DNA of 63,871 nt, filler included, from Octopus bimaculoides (lineage: Eukaryota): assembly GCF_001194135.2 (NCBI RefSeq). It is 5 parts of 5 records of this genome, joined end to end, with 100 filler letters (N's around TTAATTAATTAA, not from the genome) between each part and the next. Parts side by side here need not be neighbours in the genome. Positions count along the whole stretch, not along the records: positions 18,041 to 38,661 come from NC_068984.1; positions 38,762 to 52,890 come from NC_068987.1; 3 more parts are not named here. One strand, 5' to 3'. Below, one piece after another: positions 36,750 through 49,544 of this stretch. The position numbers were made by a program, and so were the translations under genes. Below the pieces are notes generated by a model. The model was given only the letters and a program-made list of their open reading frames with translations. It was not told the origin of the DNA and searched no databases. How positions within the stretch are numbered: position 1 is the first letter of the stretch; every line of letters begins with the position of its first letter.

Positions 36750-37650
36750 CGTAAATTGTTACTATCCTTGGCTTGGCATTGCCGTGGTTTCTTTGTTATA
36801 GTAACTAGATATTTACCATGTTTACAATTTGAACGACGTTCTAATAACATTTAATTATTATGGTATCTTTAACGTGGATTTCACTTTATTTCTCTTGCTG
36901 AATTAGTAAATCTGTTGCATTATTACCAGTTTTAATTCTGCAGCGCATAAGATGCATATCTTGCCATCATTATATGCATATCTTGCCACTAAAGCGTAGC
37001 ATTGTCTATTGTGTATCATATAACATATTTTCTCCATTTTCTCCAAATATACTACAATATATATGTTCTGTGTATTGCAGACCGAGTGTATGTGATTTGT
37101 AATCCAGCTTCAAACGTCCCACTTCTTGTTACAATATAGCTATTATTGGTCTTTGACTCCTACTGTATTTTGTGTTGTCAAGGACTTCAGTTTTCGGACA
37201 ATCTTCATTTAACGGTCACGAGTTTGCTCTTTCGTTGTTACATCTATTTTCAGTTATGGGCTAAGTGTTTCTAGATAGTTATTACTTATTTAAACATTAA
37301 ATAGAGTATTTATTTGGTGGGGGGGAGGTTATACCCCTAGGTTTTATGCTGTTCATTTTGAATAACTTATGTCGTTTGGGAAGTGTTCGGTGATTAGTGT
37401 GGGCACGTATTTTAGCAGTATTTGTCGCTACATTTACGGTGAATATCAGGCGATCACTAGCTGATGCCTTTCTTTCTGGCTTTATATTTGATTTCGGTTC
37501 TTTCTTGTTGTTTTGGTAATGGACTCAAATAGTTTGAAGAGGCTCACTTTCAGGATGTTATTAAATTTCGTTGCTTCGTCGAATATTATTTTGTGAGAGG
37601 ATTCTTTGGCTTATGCGACCGTTTTTAATATGGATGAATGAAACATTTGT
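36750..37650 (-). mobile_element. Penelope-like element remnant (RT C-terminus to GIY-YIG region)
   Basis: Frameshifted minus translations IIFDEATKFNNILKVS, VNVATNTAKI, EHFP, KRHKLF and LCAAE resemble the PLE RT-thumb, linker and endonuclease C-terminus. Confidence 0.6.
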
Positions 37651-37689
37651 TAAACTATAGTGACTCTTCCTCCGGTTTTCCATTACCTA

Positions 37690-37887
37690 TACTCTTTACT
37701 TGTTTCAGTCATTTTGACTGCGGCCATGCTGGAGCACCACCTTTAGTCGAGAAAATCGACCCCAGGACTTATTCTATCGGTCTCTTCTGCCGAACTGCTA
37801 AGTTACGGGGATGTAAACACACCAGCATCGGTTGTCAAGCGATGTTGGGGAGGGGGGGACACAGACACACAAACAAATACACACACG

Positions 37888-37929
<42 letters not shown>

Positions 37930-38092
37930 ACGGGCTTCTTTCAGTTTACGTCTACCAAATCCACTCACAAGGCTTAGGTCGGCCAGAGGCTATAGTAGAA
38001 GACATTTGCCCAAGATGCCACGCAATGGGAATGAACCCGGAACTATGTGGTTGATAAGCAAGCTACTTAAAACACAGCCACTCCTGCGCCTA
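37690..38092 (-). mobile_element. Near full-length SINE family B
   Basis: tRNA-like head (reverse complement AGGCGCAGGAGTGGCTGTG...GGTTCATTCCC), internal (TA)n/(TG)n tract, conserved body and tail. Confidence 0.85.
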
Positions 38093-38607
38093 TGGTTAAC
38101 TTTATGTCATATTCTAGAAAATTAGCATGAGTAGATTGGTTTGGATAATGATTTTGTACTCTAAAACATTTACTTTTTATGAATGTAGTCAATATTAATG
38201 CTTCTTAACCATTTGGTAAACTATTACTCCATTATCTTTGTTGAGATATATCATGCAGTAGCGGATATATTGCTTAGCTTAACATTTCTAGAGTTACTAC
38301 ACCTCTCTTCCGCATGATATATGCATTCTGTCTTCAGATATAATTTGTATTTCGGATTCTGAAGTGTACATGGAAATCTAAGGTCACTGTGACATCCCGT
38401 CAGCAGGAATACAAAGAGATTTTAAAAATCCATTTTCTTACTTATATACATCGTGGCACAAAATGCCGGTGGTATACAGAAACGGATAAAATGTGGAGAT
38501 GAATTACTTTCGACATGACACTGGAAAAGTTCTCAACTTTTCTACATCAACATTAATGACAAAATTTAAACGTAATTTATAAAAATAAGCTGTTAAAGTA
38601 TATATCT

Positions 38608-38656
<49 letters not shown>

Positions 38657-38761
38657 ATATANNNNNNNNNNNNNNNNNNNNNNNNNNNNNNNNNNNNNNN
38701 NNNNNTTAATTAATTAANNNNNNNNNNNNNNNNNNNNNNNNNNNNNNNNNNNNNNNNNNNN

Positions 38762-38794
<33 letters not shown>

Positions 38795-38837
38795 TATATA
38801 TATGTATATATGTGTATACATACACACACACATACAT

Positions 38838-38876
<39 letters not shown>

Positions 38877-39179
38877 GGTATATATGGGTGCAGGTACAAA
38901 GAGCTCGTTGTTCAGACATCAGCCTTCTATCATTATGCAAAATATTTGTGTCTGGGTACAGAAATGTTTACATTTGAACTTCACGTTTCGTCTGTTTGAC
39001 ATGTTTTAAAGGGGAAGAAAACTTGCTAGGTAACGTTGAAACTAGTCAGTGTCATTCTTAACCCAAACTAGCGAAAAAATTTCACCTCGAATATAATATA
39101 ACCGCGGAACCAAATGAAAATGCCTATGACATCCTATACAAAATGTACATACGAGCATATAACATACATACATACATAC

Positions 39180-39548
39180 ATACATGATGATGGCCGTCCA
39201 CTTGTGACCGAGGAAGACCATTGCCGACCTTCAGGAACATTGTGCGCTCTAGGACTAACTTATATTTTGCATTTGCGGCTCCGTTGGTGGCTAATGAGCC
39301 CTGCTCTTGACAAGTATACACGACTGCAAACATTGCAGATTAAGCTTTCCTCATTCACTGTAGGAGCCATGCGCTTTCGCGCAGCTCGCTTAAGTTCTTC
39401 ATGCTGGATACGTGCTCTCTCAAAAGTGTCGATCCCCTCCTTAACCTGCTTCCTCCATCCGTGGCGATGACAGAAACCAAGGCTGCGATTTAAGGACTGT
39501 GTCAAGTCTTCATTAAAAGCCTGTGATATGCAGGACACTGACTGGGAG
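39180..39548 (-). mobile_element. RTE-clade LINE 3' end
   Basis: WRKQVKEGIDTFERARIQHEELKRAARK...CNVCSRVYLSRAGLISHQR (C-terminal zinc-finger-like motif), short 3' UTR and CATCAT tail. Confidence 0.8.
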
Positions 39549-39685
39549 AACATACATACATACATACATACATACATACACACGTATCTCCATGTATATG
39601 AATATATGTATACATCCATATATATATAGATGAGGATGTATGCATAGCTGTGTGTGTGCCGCGGGTGCGCGCGTATATATATATA

Positions 39686-39730
<45 letters not shown>

Positions 39731-39763
39731 GTGTGTGTGTATATGTATATACACATACACACA

Positions 39764-41010
39764 TAGGGTGGTCCAAAAGTCACTGAAGGGTTGCAATTTT
39801 TGATAGTTCTTTTACTTTTTTTACTTTTTTTACCTTTTTCTTTTTTTTCCTGGAAATTAAGTATGTAAAAATGTGGCACCACACAAAGCACCCAAGTAGT
39901 GAAATTGTTGAGAGCATATCGTCGGCACTTTCAAGTAAAAACACAGTTTGGAACTTAGTTCGTCGTTTGGAAAACAAGAGGCTGTAAGTGATCTCCCACG
40001 ATCTGGGAGACCTTGCACTGTCACATCCAATGAGGCAAGAGAACGAGTGCGAGAGAATGTTGAAGAGAATCCGAGTACGTCGACTCGAAGGCGGTCTGGA
40101 CAGCTTGGGATTTCGCGAACTTCACTGCAAAGAGCTCTCAGTAGCCTTAATCTTTTTCTATACAGGATACAGTTGGTTCAGCAGTTGAAGCCCCAGGACA
40201 ATGAACACAGGCTCCATTACGCGGTTAGAATCCAGGAATTAGCACGAAATGACCCAAATTTTACACAAAAATTGATCATGTCTGATGAAGCCCACTTCCA
40301 TTTGAATGGGTTCATCAACAGACAAAATTGCCGGTTTGGGAGCTCTGAGAATCCGAGAGCAGTACACCAAAGATAATTGTATCCCATAAAGTGTACAGTA
40401 TGGTGTGCAGTTACGGCGGATGAGATAATCGGGCCCTATTTCTTTGAGGACGATGATGGGAATGCTGTCACTATGATACTGTGAATGGTGAACGGTACAG
40501 GTCTATGATCGAGAACTTTTTTGCGGCCTTTCAAAATAGGCCCGATATATGGTTTCATTAAGATGGAGCAACTGCTCATACCGCAAGAGAGACAATGCAG
40601 TTGCTGAAGCAATGTTTCAGAGAAAGAATCATCACTCGCTACTGCGATGTCAGCTGGTCATCGCGTTCCACAGACTTGACCAGCCCTGAAAAGAAGGTTT
40701 ATGTCAACAAACCAGGAACCCTGGAGCAATTGAAGGAATATATCACTAGAGAAATCAGGGAACTGAGCCCTGAAAGCCTTACAGCTGTCATGGAACGTAT
40801 TGTGCAAAGAGCACGGATGTGTGAAGCTGAAAATGGACGCCATTTAAAAGTTGTCGTTTTTCATACGTTATTCAGATGTCATAAAAAAGGACTAATGTAA
40901 ATTAATCTCCATTATCACCTCTATATTGAATTAAAATTTCGTACACCTATTTGTAAAAATAAAGGAGTTACTAAAAATCAAAATCCCTCAGTGTCTTTTG
41001 GGCTACCCTG
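39764..41010 (+). mobile_element. Decayed full-length Tc1/mariner DNA transposon, DD41D (rosa-like)
   Basis: 26-bp imperfect TIRs TAGGGTGGTCCAAAAGTCACTGAAGG / CAGGGTAGCCCAAAAGACACTGAGGG; right TA site. Motifs IMSDEAHFHLNGFINRQNCR, DGATAHTAR and WSSRSTDLTSP; 41 residues to the third-D position, where a deletion removes the D and the FFLWGYLK-like block. Confidence 0.9.
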
Positions 41011-41314
41011 TACACGCGCGCGCGCGCATGTGTTTTTCTTTGAGTTTTATTTAAGTTCTTTTTAAGAGAATTCAAGCCCGTCGCTAACAAAGCCAAAAAG
41101 ATTTTGGATTTAAGAAAGAACTCGGTGTTTGTAAATAAGTGGTTGAGTTGGTGTGTTGGTTGAGTTGTCAATGCACTCACCCAAGTGTATACATCTATAC
41201 ATTGTATGTATGTATGTATGTATGTATGCATGTATTATGTATGTATGTAGAAAGTGAGAGAGGGAAGAAAGAAAGAGAATTTATGCATGTGTGTGTGCGT
41301 GCGTGCCTGCGTGC

Positions 41315-41428
<114 letters not shown>

Positions 41429-42769
41429 ATATAATTTATTTTTCAGAGTTGATGCCAACATGCTTTTATCTAATTATATATGTGCTTTCTTTATCTTTGT
41501 TTTCACAAAGTTCCCAGTTCACAGACAATTCTTCGTTTATCTTCATTTTTACTCGCTTCCCACAACCCTAACAGAAAGAAGAGGAATCAAATCACATTAC
41601 TTGGCTCTTCAAACTGAAACCCCAATATCTCATTCCAGAAAGTATATTTTGACTATAACTAACAAGGATATTACTTCTGACTGTATCATTGCCTTTGTGA
41701 TCTTTCTACTCAGAGTTTGTTGAAAAGACATTCCAACACACCATATGCATATTCTACCGCACAATTTTTATCTTTGTGTGTGTGAGACCGCGCATGTATG
41801 TTTGCGCGTTATATTTGTATGCATCATCATCACCATCGTCGTCATCATCATTATCATCATCATCACCATCATCATCATCATCGTTTTCTAACGGTTACTT
41901 TTCAATTCTTGCATGAGTCAGATGAACTCTGTTGGAACAGATTTTCTATGGCTGGATGCTCAACCCTCACCTGTTTCCAAGCAATGGTAATATTTTGCTG
42001 AATACTGGAAATAACGACACTGATTATACTGGAAATATTGACAGTGGCACTCATGCACACGCACATTCACACATATACATTACACACGCATACACACACA
42101 TACACACACACACACACAGATATTTATCTATCTATAATAAACGAATGAAGAACGAACATAAGGTGTGTGTGTTTATTTGGCGAGAAAAAAATTACCATTC
42201 CGAAATATAACAATATCTGTTTCAACAGATGATTTCACATCAGGAATTTTGCAACACAACGTTGAAAAACACTATATTTTATTGTCTTAAAAATATCATC
42301 ACAACTCAACAACTTCACTTCGTAAAACAGAGTCTTCTCCAGAATTTTCACTATGTATTTCTACATATTTTGTTATTTTATTTGAGTGTTAACTCTAGAG
42401 TTTACCCTATTAAACTAATCCAGATAATCCGGAGATTGTTTGTTATATCAAACTCATACCTGAAAATCTACAAGGTTTCTATAATTATAACCAAAGAACA
42501 TGGAGCGAGCAAGTCCTTTTATGTGATAGATTTACAGTTGTTTCATCGAAAGTTTGTCTCCTGAACAGCAATCATTGATGAGGTGTCATACACCAAATCG
42601 AAGGTCGATCTTCGGAATCATCCATAAAAGTCATTCGCTGTGGAAACTTGAATTCACAGTAATTTACACCTGTATCAAGTAGGGCATGTTTATATGGTCA
42701 CATTTACATATTACATTTCAAAACGTCAATTTCATCAATTTCTACAACTTGATTCTTTGAAAGATGAAT

Positions 42770-43225
42770 TAGTTGAATGAGGATTTAATTACATATCGCA
42801 CCTATTTACAATCATTACACGATAACATCGTGGAGCGATTTCAAGATGTTATTGCGCTGAATATTCCAAACTGGTGTAGCAATCCGTTTGAGGTCGTTGC
42901 TGTGGATTGCGAGGATGACGTTCAGGAGGAATTGCTAGAATTACAAACTGATTATGACGCCACAATGCGTTATCGCCGTAATGGGAAAGAAAGTTTGTGG
43001 TACCACCAGAGTATATTGAATTCTTACCACAGTCTATGGAAACAAATTACTTTTGCTTACCTTCCCTACCCCATACCTGGTTGAATCTGGTTTTAACTAT
43101 GTTGGAACTTTACTTTCCCGTAAAAGAATTGGACTGGATTTGACACAACGAGGAGACTTGCGGCTAAAGTTGACAAGTTTGAAACCGAATGTATCTGCAC
43201 TAGCTGCATCGCACCAGACACGTGG
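42770..43225 (+). mobile_element. hAT (Buster/Charlie-like) transposase C-terminal fragment
   Basis: ERFQD...NPF...QEELLELQTD, then FPTPYLVESGF...RGDLRLKLTSLKP...HQ (hAT dimerisation domain), with a frameshift between the two ORFs. Confidence 0.75.
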
Positions 43226-44061
43226 TTCTCATAAAAATGTTATACTCTGTTCCTTTATAATACAATCATTAATTATTTTTGCATCAGTAGTTCTGATCGA
43301 TGGTTCATTTGGGGAAAATGAAAATCAGTGTAAAAGAAAGCGTAAGTTTCCAGAAGTTAATCTGTCTGAAAAATATAGAGTTAACGTTAGAATTCTATTG
43401 ACACTAATGGCAAAACTAAACCCACAATCAGGGATTTGTAAACAACCGCATATTTAGTACAAACGGCACTAACAGGGCAACGAGTCTACGATATAGTNNN
43501 NNNNNNNNNNNNNNNNNNNNNNNNNNNNNNNNNNNNNNNNNNNNNNNNNNNNNNNNNNNNNNNNNNNNNNNNNNNNNNNNNNNNNNNNNNNNNNNNNNNN
43601 NNNNNNNNNNNNNNNNNNNNNNNNNNNNNNNNNNNNNNNNNNNNNNNNNNNNNNNNNNNNNNNNNNNNNNNNNNNNNNNNNNNNNNNNNNNNNNNNNNNN
43701 NNNNNNNNNNNNNNNNNNNNNNNNNNNNNNNNNNNNNNNNNNNNNNNNNNNNNNNNNNNNNNNNNNNNNNNNNNNNNNNNNNNNNNNNNNNNNNNNNNNN
43801 NNNNNNNNNNNNNNNNNNNNNNNNNNNNNNNNNNNNNNNNNNNNNNNNNNNNNNNNNNNNNNNNNNNNNNNNNNNNNNNNNNNNNNNNNNNNNNNNNNNN
43901 NNNNNNNNNNNNNNNNNNNNNNNNNNNNNNNNNNNNNNNNNNNNNNNNNNNNNNNNNNNNNNNNNNNNNNNNNNNNNNNNNNNNNNNNNNNNNNNNNNNN
44001 NNNNNNNNNNNNNNNNNNNNNNNNNNNNNNNNNNNNNNNNNNNNNNNNNNNNNNNNNNNNN

Positions 44062-47000
44062 GTTAAAGATGGCTGACAAAGAAGCCATCATAATAATATT
44101 TGACAAAGGAACGCGTTCCTCGTCGGAAAAGAGTGAGGACAAGAATGTGGAATGCCCTAAACTTAATGACGTCACCGAGGCGAATTATGTTTCGTCTCTA
44201 AGCAACGTCAAAAATTTGGGTGTCGATAACGACAACAGCAACAGCAACAGCAGCAGCAGCTGTGACAACAATAACAATAAAAGCAACAGCTACAACAACA
44301 CGAAAGAAATGAAGCATAAAAACGCGAATATCGCCTCCGTTTCTTTTGCGTTTGCGGCGAGAAATATGGAAAATTTCCGCATAATGAAGATTTAAAAATG
44401 GCAAGGAAAATTGTAAAAAAGAATAGAAGAAGAGTAGCTCTAAACCCTCTATCTGACGTAATAGAAAATATCTTAAGATGCACGATCACATACCGCTGCA
44501 TCGGAATTAAGTCACGTCGGGTGGGAAATGCTCCTAAGTGCGAAATACAAAAATGCCTTGGGCACGTGTGGGAACAAAAGACCCACATCACCCGAGGAAA
44601 GAAGTTTGGAATTATTGTGGGGAGATTTGGGACGGAAGAAGAAGCCAGGTGCAATTCCGCGACCTCTTTGAGGAATGATAATTTTTTCTTAATCCTCAGT
44701 ATCGTGGCCAACGCCTTTCCAAGATTTGGGTGCTGAATGAACTGCCAGAAATATCCATTACCTGGTTAGTGGCGGCCGTTTTGGCAGGTTTAGAAGACGA
44801 AGTTACAATATTGGTGGTTAAGAAACTACCTAAGCAAAACTGGTCAGTTATAGGTATGGAACTGGTTTTACAATTCAAGCAGGGCCATATCGACCAGCTG
44901 CCCGATCTAATCAATATCTCGGATGGTACTCACCTATCAGAGTTAGTGGAGGGTTGAAAGCCAAGATGCCACATATGTAACTCACTTAAAGGCTTTCTGC
45001 CCTGAAACAAGAAAAAATAAACCCCTACTGCTGCCAACATTACAAACACCACAAACGCAAAATCACGAACAAGTGCTCAAGACTCCTCCACCTACACCCA
45101 CAACCACGTACACACCCACTCCCAAACCAAGACAAAGCTTCTCCTGAAGCAAGTGCAACAGTGAATTGCTAGTTCGCTAATCCGGTCCCTGTAGTCTTTG
45201 CGAGCCGGTAAGGAAGCATTCAGCTTCCAGTAACCGGGTCCCTGTCTACGAGTCCTATCTAAATCGACTGAGCATATCACAAATTTGTATAGCCGACAAA
45301 TTTATCCCTAACCTCTGATTAAACAAATACTCTTTCTTAATACGATCTGGACGACCTGCTGTGGTTGCTCCATATCCACACTGGCACATCAGGGAAATCC
45401 AGTCGGTACCCGTCAGAAAACTGGAAAGTCCTGAGCAGGTTTTCGAGGCTTTTACATTCGCTTCTGCTTTGTACTAAACCCACACAGTCCTTTCGTGCGT
45501 CCAAAATACTATTCCAGTTCCAGTTCTGGGCCTCTCTACTGGCGAGAATTTTTTTACAGGCCCTTCCAACAGCCTTTCATCAACTGATCTTGTTTTTAAA
45601 TCCCCACACTGCATGGGAAATTTTGTTATAATTTTACAACCGTCTGACGACATTTTAATGAAGAGTCTGTCCTTGGGAGTTTTGAGGATGAAATCCTCAA
45701 AATCCTTTCCCTCTGTCTCTATTTTGCTTTTGGTTAAGCGGCAGTTGACGGGGGCTATCGTCAACAACCGGTGGTGGATCGCTCTAAAGAGAGCGATTAG
45801 AGTAGAATCGATTGCGTTTAGCAAAGATTTAGCAATAGAAAAAAATAGATTAGAGAGAGAACTAGTTATCAAACTAGAAAAGGCTATTAGTAAGGGCATC
45901 ACGACCGACATGTTAGAGGCGAGAATGGCCCTGCACCATTTCTTTGAGGCGAAACACGAAGGGTACGTTGTCAGAGCTAAGGCACGTGTGCTAAAACACG
46001 AAAGAACTGAAGCCGTCCGATGGGCCCGAACGATAGAGACGCGACGTGGAAAGAAAACCATGATCAAGTCTTTGACGGATTAGGACGGATGCGTGCTCCT
46101 CGGTTCTGAGCAAATGCGTGCGGCTTTCCAACAGCATATGCGCGGCTGTCCAACAGCATATGTGCAGCTGTTTGGGGAGGATGATGGGTCGACGATGGTA
46201 GCGTACTTTACTTCGTACCTGGACGACTTACCATAGCTCTCGGTAAATGACGCGAGATTCTGTGAAAAGCCGATTACAACACATGAACTACGGGAGGCGA
46301 TGAGCAATTGCACAAGTCGCAAATCGCTCGGTTTGAATGGTCTGCTCTATGAATTCTGTTTTCATGCCAGATTTGTTTGGCAGCTCCTTGGCGGACGTCT
46401 ACAGTAACTGGCAGCAGAACGGGAAAATTCATAGTGCTGTTAACCGGGGTAACATTGCCGAGAAAGGACGTCGACAATGGGGACGTGCTAGGGAATTTTA
46501 GGCCCATAACTCTGCTAAACACAGTGTTTAAGATTTTGGCCAAGGTGTTAGAGAAAAGGTTAACGCTTGTCATTGNNNNNNNNNNNNNNNNNNNNNNNNN
46601 NNNNNNNNNNNNNNNNNNNNNNNNNNNNNNNNNNNNNNNNNNNNNNNNNNNNNNNNNNNNNNNNNNNNNNNNNNNNNNNNNNNNNNNNNNNNNNNNNNNN
46701 NNNNNNNNNNNNNNNNNNNNNNNNNNNNNNNNNNNNNNNNNNNNNNNNNNNNNNNNNNNNNNNNNNNNNNNNNNNNNNNNNNNNNNNNNNNNNNNNNNNN
46801 NNNNNNNNNNNNNNNNNNNNNNNNNNNNNNNNNNNNNNNNNNNNNNNNNNNNNNNNNNNNNNNNNNNNNNNNNNNNNNNNNNNNNNNNNNNNNNNNNNNN
46901 NNNNNNNNNNNNNNNNNNNNNNNNNNNNNNNNNNNNNNNNNNNNNNNNNNNNNACAGCGGCACCTGTTCAGTGGTCAAAGTAAATGTCCACTACTCGGAA

Positions 47001-48401
47001 CCATTTAGTATCACATATTCGGTCCGTCAGTGCTGCCCGCTGTAATCTCTTCTGCATGTGCTGGCTCTCGAGCCACTGCTGCGGAAAATGGAACAGTTAA
47101 GAGGCATCACTTTCGAAATTGGACTCGAGAGGGCAGTGTCGGCGTATGCGGATGACGTCACCATCGTGGTGTCAGACGCCTCTGAAGTGGAGACAGTCGG
47201 CTCCATTGTAAGGAAATATGAGTCGGTTGCAGGGGCCAAAATCAACGCCGACAATTCGGTGGGATTGCGACTAGGTACCTGGAGAGGCAGATCGATGCCG
47301 TCAGACGCTGGAATGCTCGGGACCTGGTTTGGGTCCAACCGCCAGGTGGATAAGAATTGGGAAGAGGTGACAAATAGGGTGGCCTGTCTTACCAGAAATG
47401 GGCAGAGAGGAAGTTGTCGGGCAAAAGTGGTGAATGCCTACATCGCCTCTGTCATTATTTATCGTCTGACCGTCGTACCTTGCTCCAGTTACTGCTTGAT
47501 TAGATTGGAGCGTATCATGCTTTTTTCGTGTGGAAGGGACGCGTTCCAATGATCAGGCGGTCGGTCTGCTGCCAACTTTCTCTGCGTAGTGGCTTAGGAA
47601 TGCCGTGGCTTTTGATGCGCAGATACGTACTTAGGTTGTGCCACCTGCAACGATTTTCAGAAGGTGAACATGTGTGGGCTCTGTTTGTGAGATACGCCTT
47701 TCCGCAACTCATCTCCTTGACGGAGCTGCAGTCCTGAGTAAAGGATAGGCCGAGACTGGGCGCCTGGCGCTTAGAGTGTCGTCAGCCGATGTCTTTGGCC
47801 TGAAAGTGCTACCGGGGTGGGGGCGCTACTGGTTCGAGATAAACTCTACAGGCACGGATGTGCTGTTAGACGGGTCCATAATGATGATTGCCCCGCCGCC
47901 CTCCTTTAATCGGGCAGGCAAGGCAGTTTTCCTTCGTCTAGTGGCTGTGGCGAAAGAGGTTGTCTTGTGGACGAAGCCAAAAGAAATGAGGACAGAAACA
48001 TTCCTCTTTAGTAAAGCCATCATCGATTTTTTTTCAAGTTTCACTTGAAAAGAATAGTGGAAAGGGAGGTGATGTCCTCGAGTGAATTTATGGAAAGGTG
48101 GTTGTAAGTTGCGAAAATGGCAAGAGTGGATGGTCCCACTCTCAGTGTAGACCTGCGAGTCGGAAGAAAGGCGTTGGAGAGGGCACTCGTCCTTGGTATT
48201 CAGGGTGTTCTTGGATGGTGAGGTTCCTCGATTATCCCTAGAGGACCCCATCATTATTACTTTCCCCACCTCTTCTTGTGTCGTATACTATACTTCCCTG
48301 TGTATACTTTTTTTATCGTTCCATCATATGTAAACGCCAACACTTTATGTCTGTTTTTCTATTATCCCCTTCATCCTTCGCCCTAGTAGCAAAGAAAAGA
48401 A
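44062..48401 (+). mobile_element. Rearranged L1/Tx1-clade LINE (ORF1 remnant, inverted endonuclease, RT, 3' UTR)
   Basis: ORF1-like 44398-45000 ending in KPRCHIC; FRPITLLNTVFKILAKVLEKRL (46490-46565); SAYADDVTIV (47140-47170); C-terminus and 3' UTR ending AAAGAAAAGAA before (CAT)n. The 5' boundary is uncertain (N gap). Confidence 0.8.
45170..45729 (-). mobile_element. Inverted APE-endonuclease segment of the Tx1 LINE
   Basis: Minus translation YRLDFPDVPVWIWSNHSRSSRSY...VGYT...GPGYWKLNASL...RDRISEL; the plus strand resumes with LVKRQLT at 45730. Confidence 0.8.
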
Positions 48402-48425
48402 ATCATCATCATCATCATCATCACC

Positions 48426-48499
<74 letters not shown>

Positions 48500-49325
48500 N
48501 NNNNNNNNNNNNNNNNNNNNNNNNNNNNNNNNNNNNNNNNNNNNNNNNNNNNNNNNNNNNNNNNNNNNNNNNNNNNNNNNNNNNNNNNNNNNNNNNNNNN
48601 NNNNNNNNNNNNNNNNNNNNNNNNNNNNNNNNNNNNNNNNNNNNNNNNNNNNNNNNNNNNNNNNNNNNNNNNNNNNNNNNNNNNNNNNNNNNNNNNNNNN
48701 NNNNNNNNNNNNNNNNNNNNNNNNNNNNNNNNNNNNNNNNNNNNNNNNNNNNNNNNNNNNNNNNNNNNNNNNNNNNNNNNNNNNNNNNNNNNNNNNNNNN
48801 NNNNNNNNNNNNNNNNNNNNNNNNNNNNNNNNNNNNNNNNNNNNNNNNNNNNNNNNNNNNNNNNNNNNNNNNNNNNNNNNNNNNNNNNNNNNNNNNNNNN
48901 NNNNNNNNNNNNNNNNNNNNNNNNNNNNNNNNNNNNNNNNNNNNNNNNNNNNNNNNNNNNNNNNNNNNNNNNNNNNNNNNNNNNNNNNNNNNNNNNNNNN
49001 NNNNNNNNNNNNNNNNNNNNNNNNNNNNNNNNNNNNNNNNNNNNNNNNNNNNNNNNNNNNNNNNNNNNNNNNNNNNNNNNNNNNNNNNNNNNNNNNNNNN
49101 NNNNNNNNNNNNNNNNNNNNNNNNNNNNNNNNNNNNNNNNNNNNNNNNNNNNNNNNNNNNNNNNNNNNNNNNNNNNNNNNNNNNNNNNNNNNNNNNNNNN
49201 NNNNNNNNNNNNNNNNNNNNNNNNNNNNNNNNNNNNNNNNNNNNNNNNNNNNNNNNNNNNNNNNNNNNNNNNNNNNNNNNNNNNNNNNNNNNNNNNNNAT
49301 TATTATTATTATTATTATTATTATT

Positions 49326-49530
49326 AAGGCGGCAAGCTAGCTGGGTGAAATGCTTAACGATATTTCGTCTGCTGCTACGTTCTGAGTTCTAATTCCGCCG
49401 AGGTTGACTTTGCCTTTCATCCTTCCAGGGCCGATAAATTAAGTATCAATGAAACACTGGGATCGATTAAATCGACTAGTCCCCTTCCTCAAAACTTCTG
49501 GCCTTGAGCCAATAGTAGAAAAGATTATTA
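49326..49530 (+). mobile_element. SINE family A
   Basis: AAGGCGGCAAGCTAGC head after (TAT)n; GAGTTCTAATTCCGCCGAGG and GCCTTTCATCCTTCCAGGGCCGATAAATTAAG core. Confidence 0.85.
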
Positions 49531-49544
49531 TCATTATTATTTTC

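Noticed and set aside
40282-40288. CTGATGA and related hammerhead-core heptamers at 40282, 10103, 23050, 45644 and 47779
   Set aside because: They lie in transposase or RT coding motifs (e.g. SDE, SDD, LKIET) with no stem II/GAAA/stem I architecture.
42570-42612. TTGATGA-GGTG/CACC hairpin resembling a hammerhead 5' half
   Set aside because: Both core segments are mutated and stem III is absent; could be chance.
48278-49327. Long poly-His/poly-X ORF and similar long ORFs spanning N runs (e.g. 58369-59617, 33738-34562)
   Set aside because: Open only because of microsatellites and Ns; no coding evidence.
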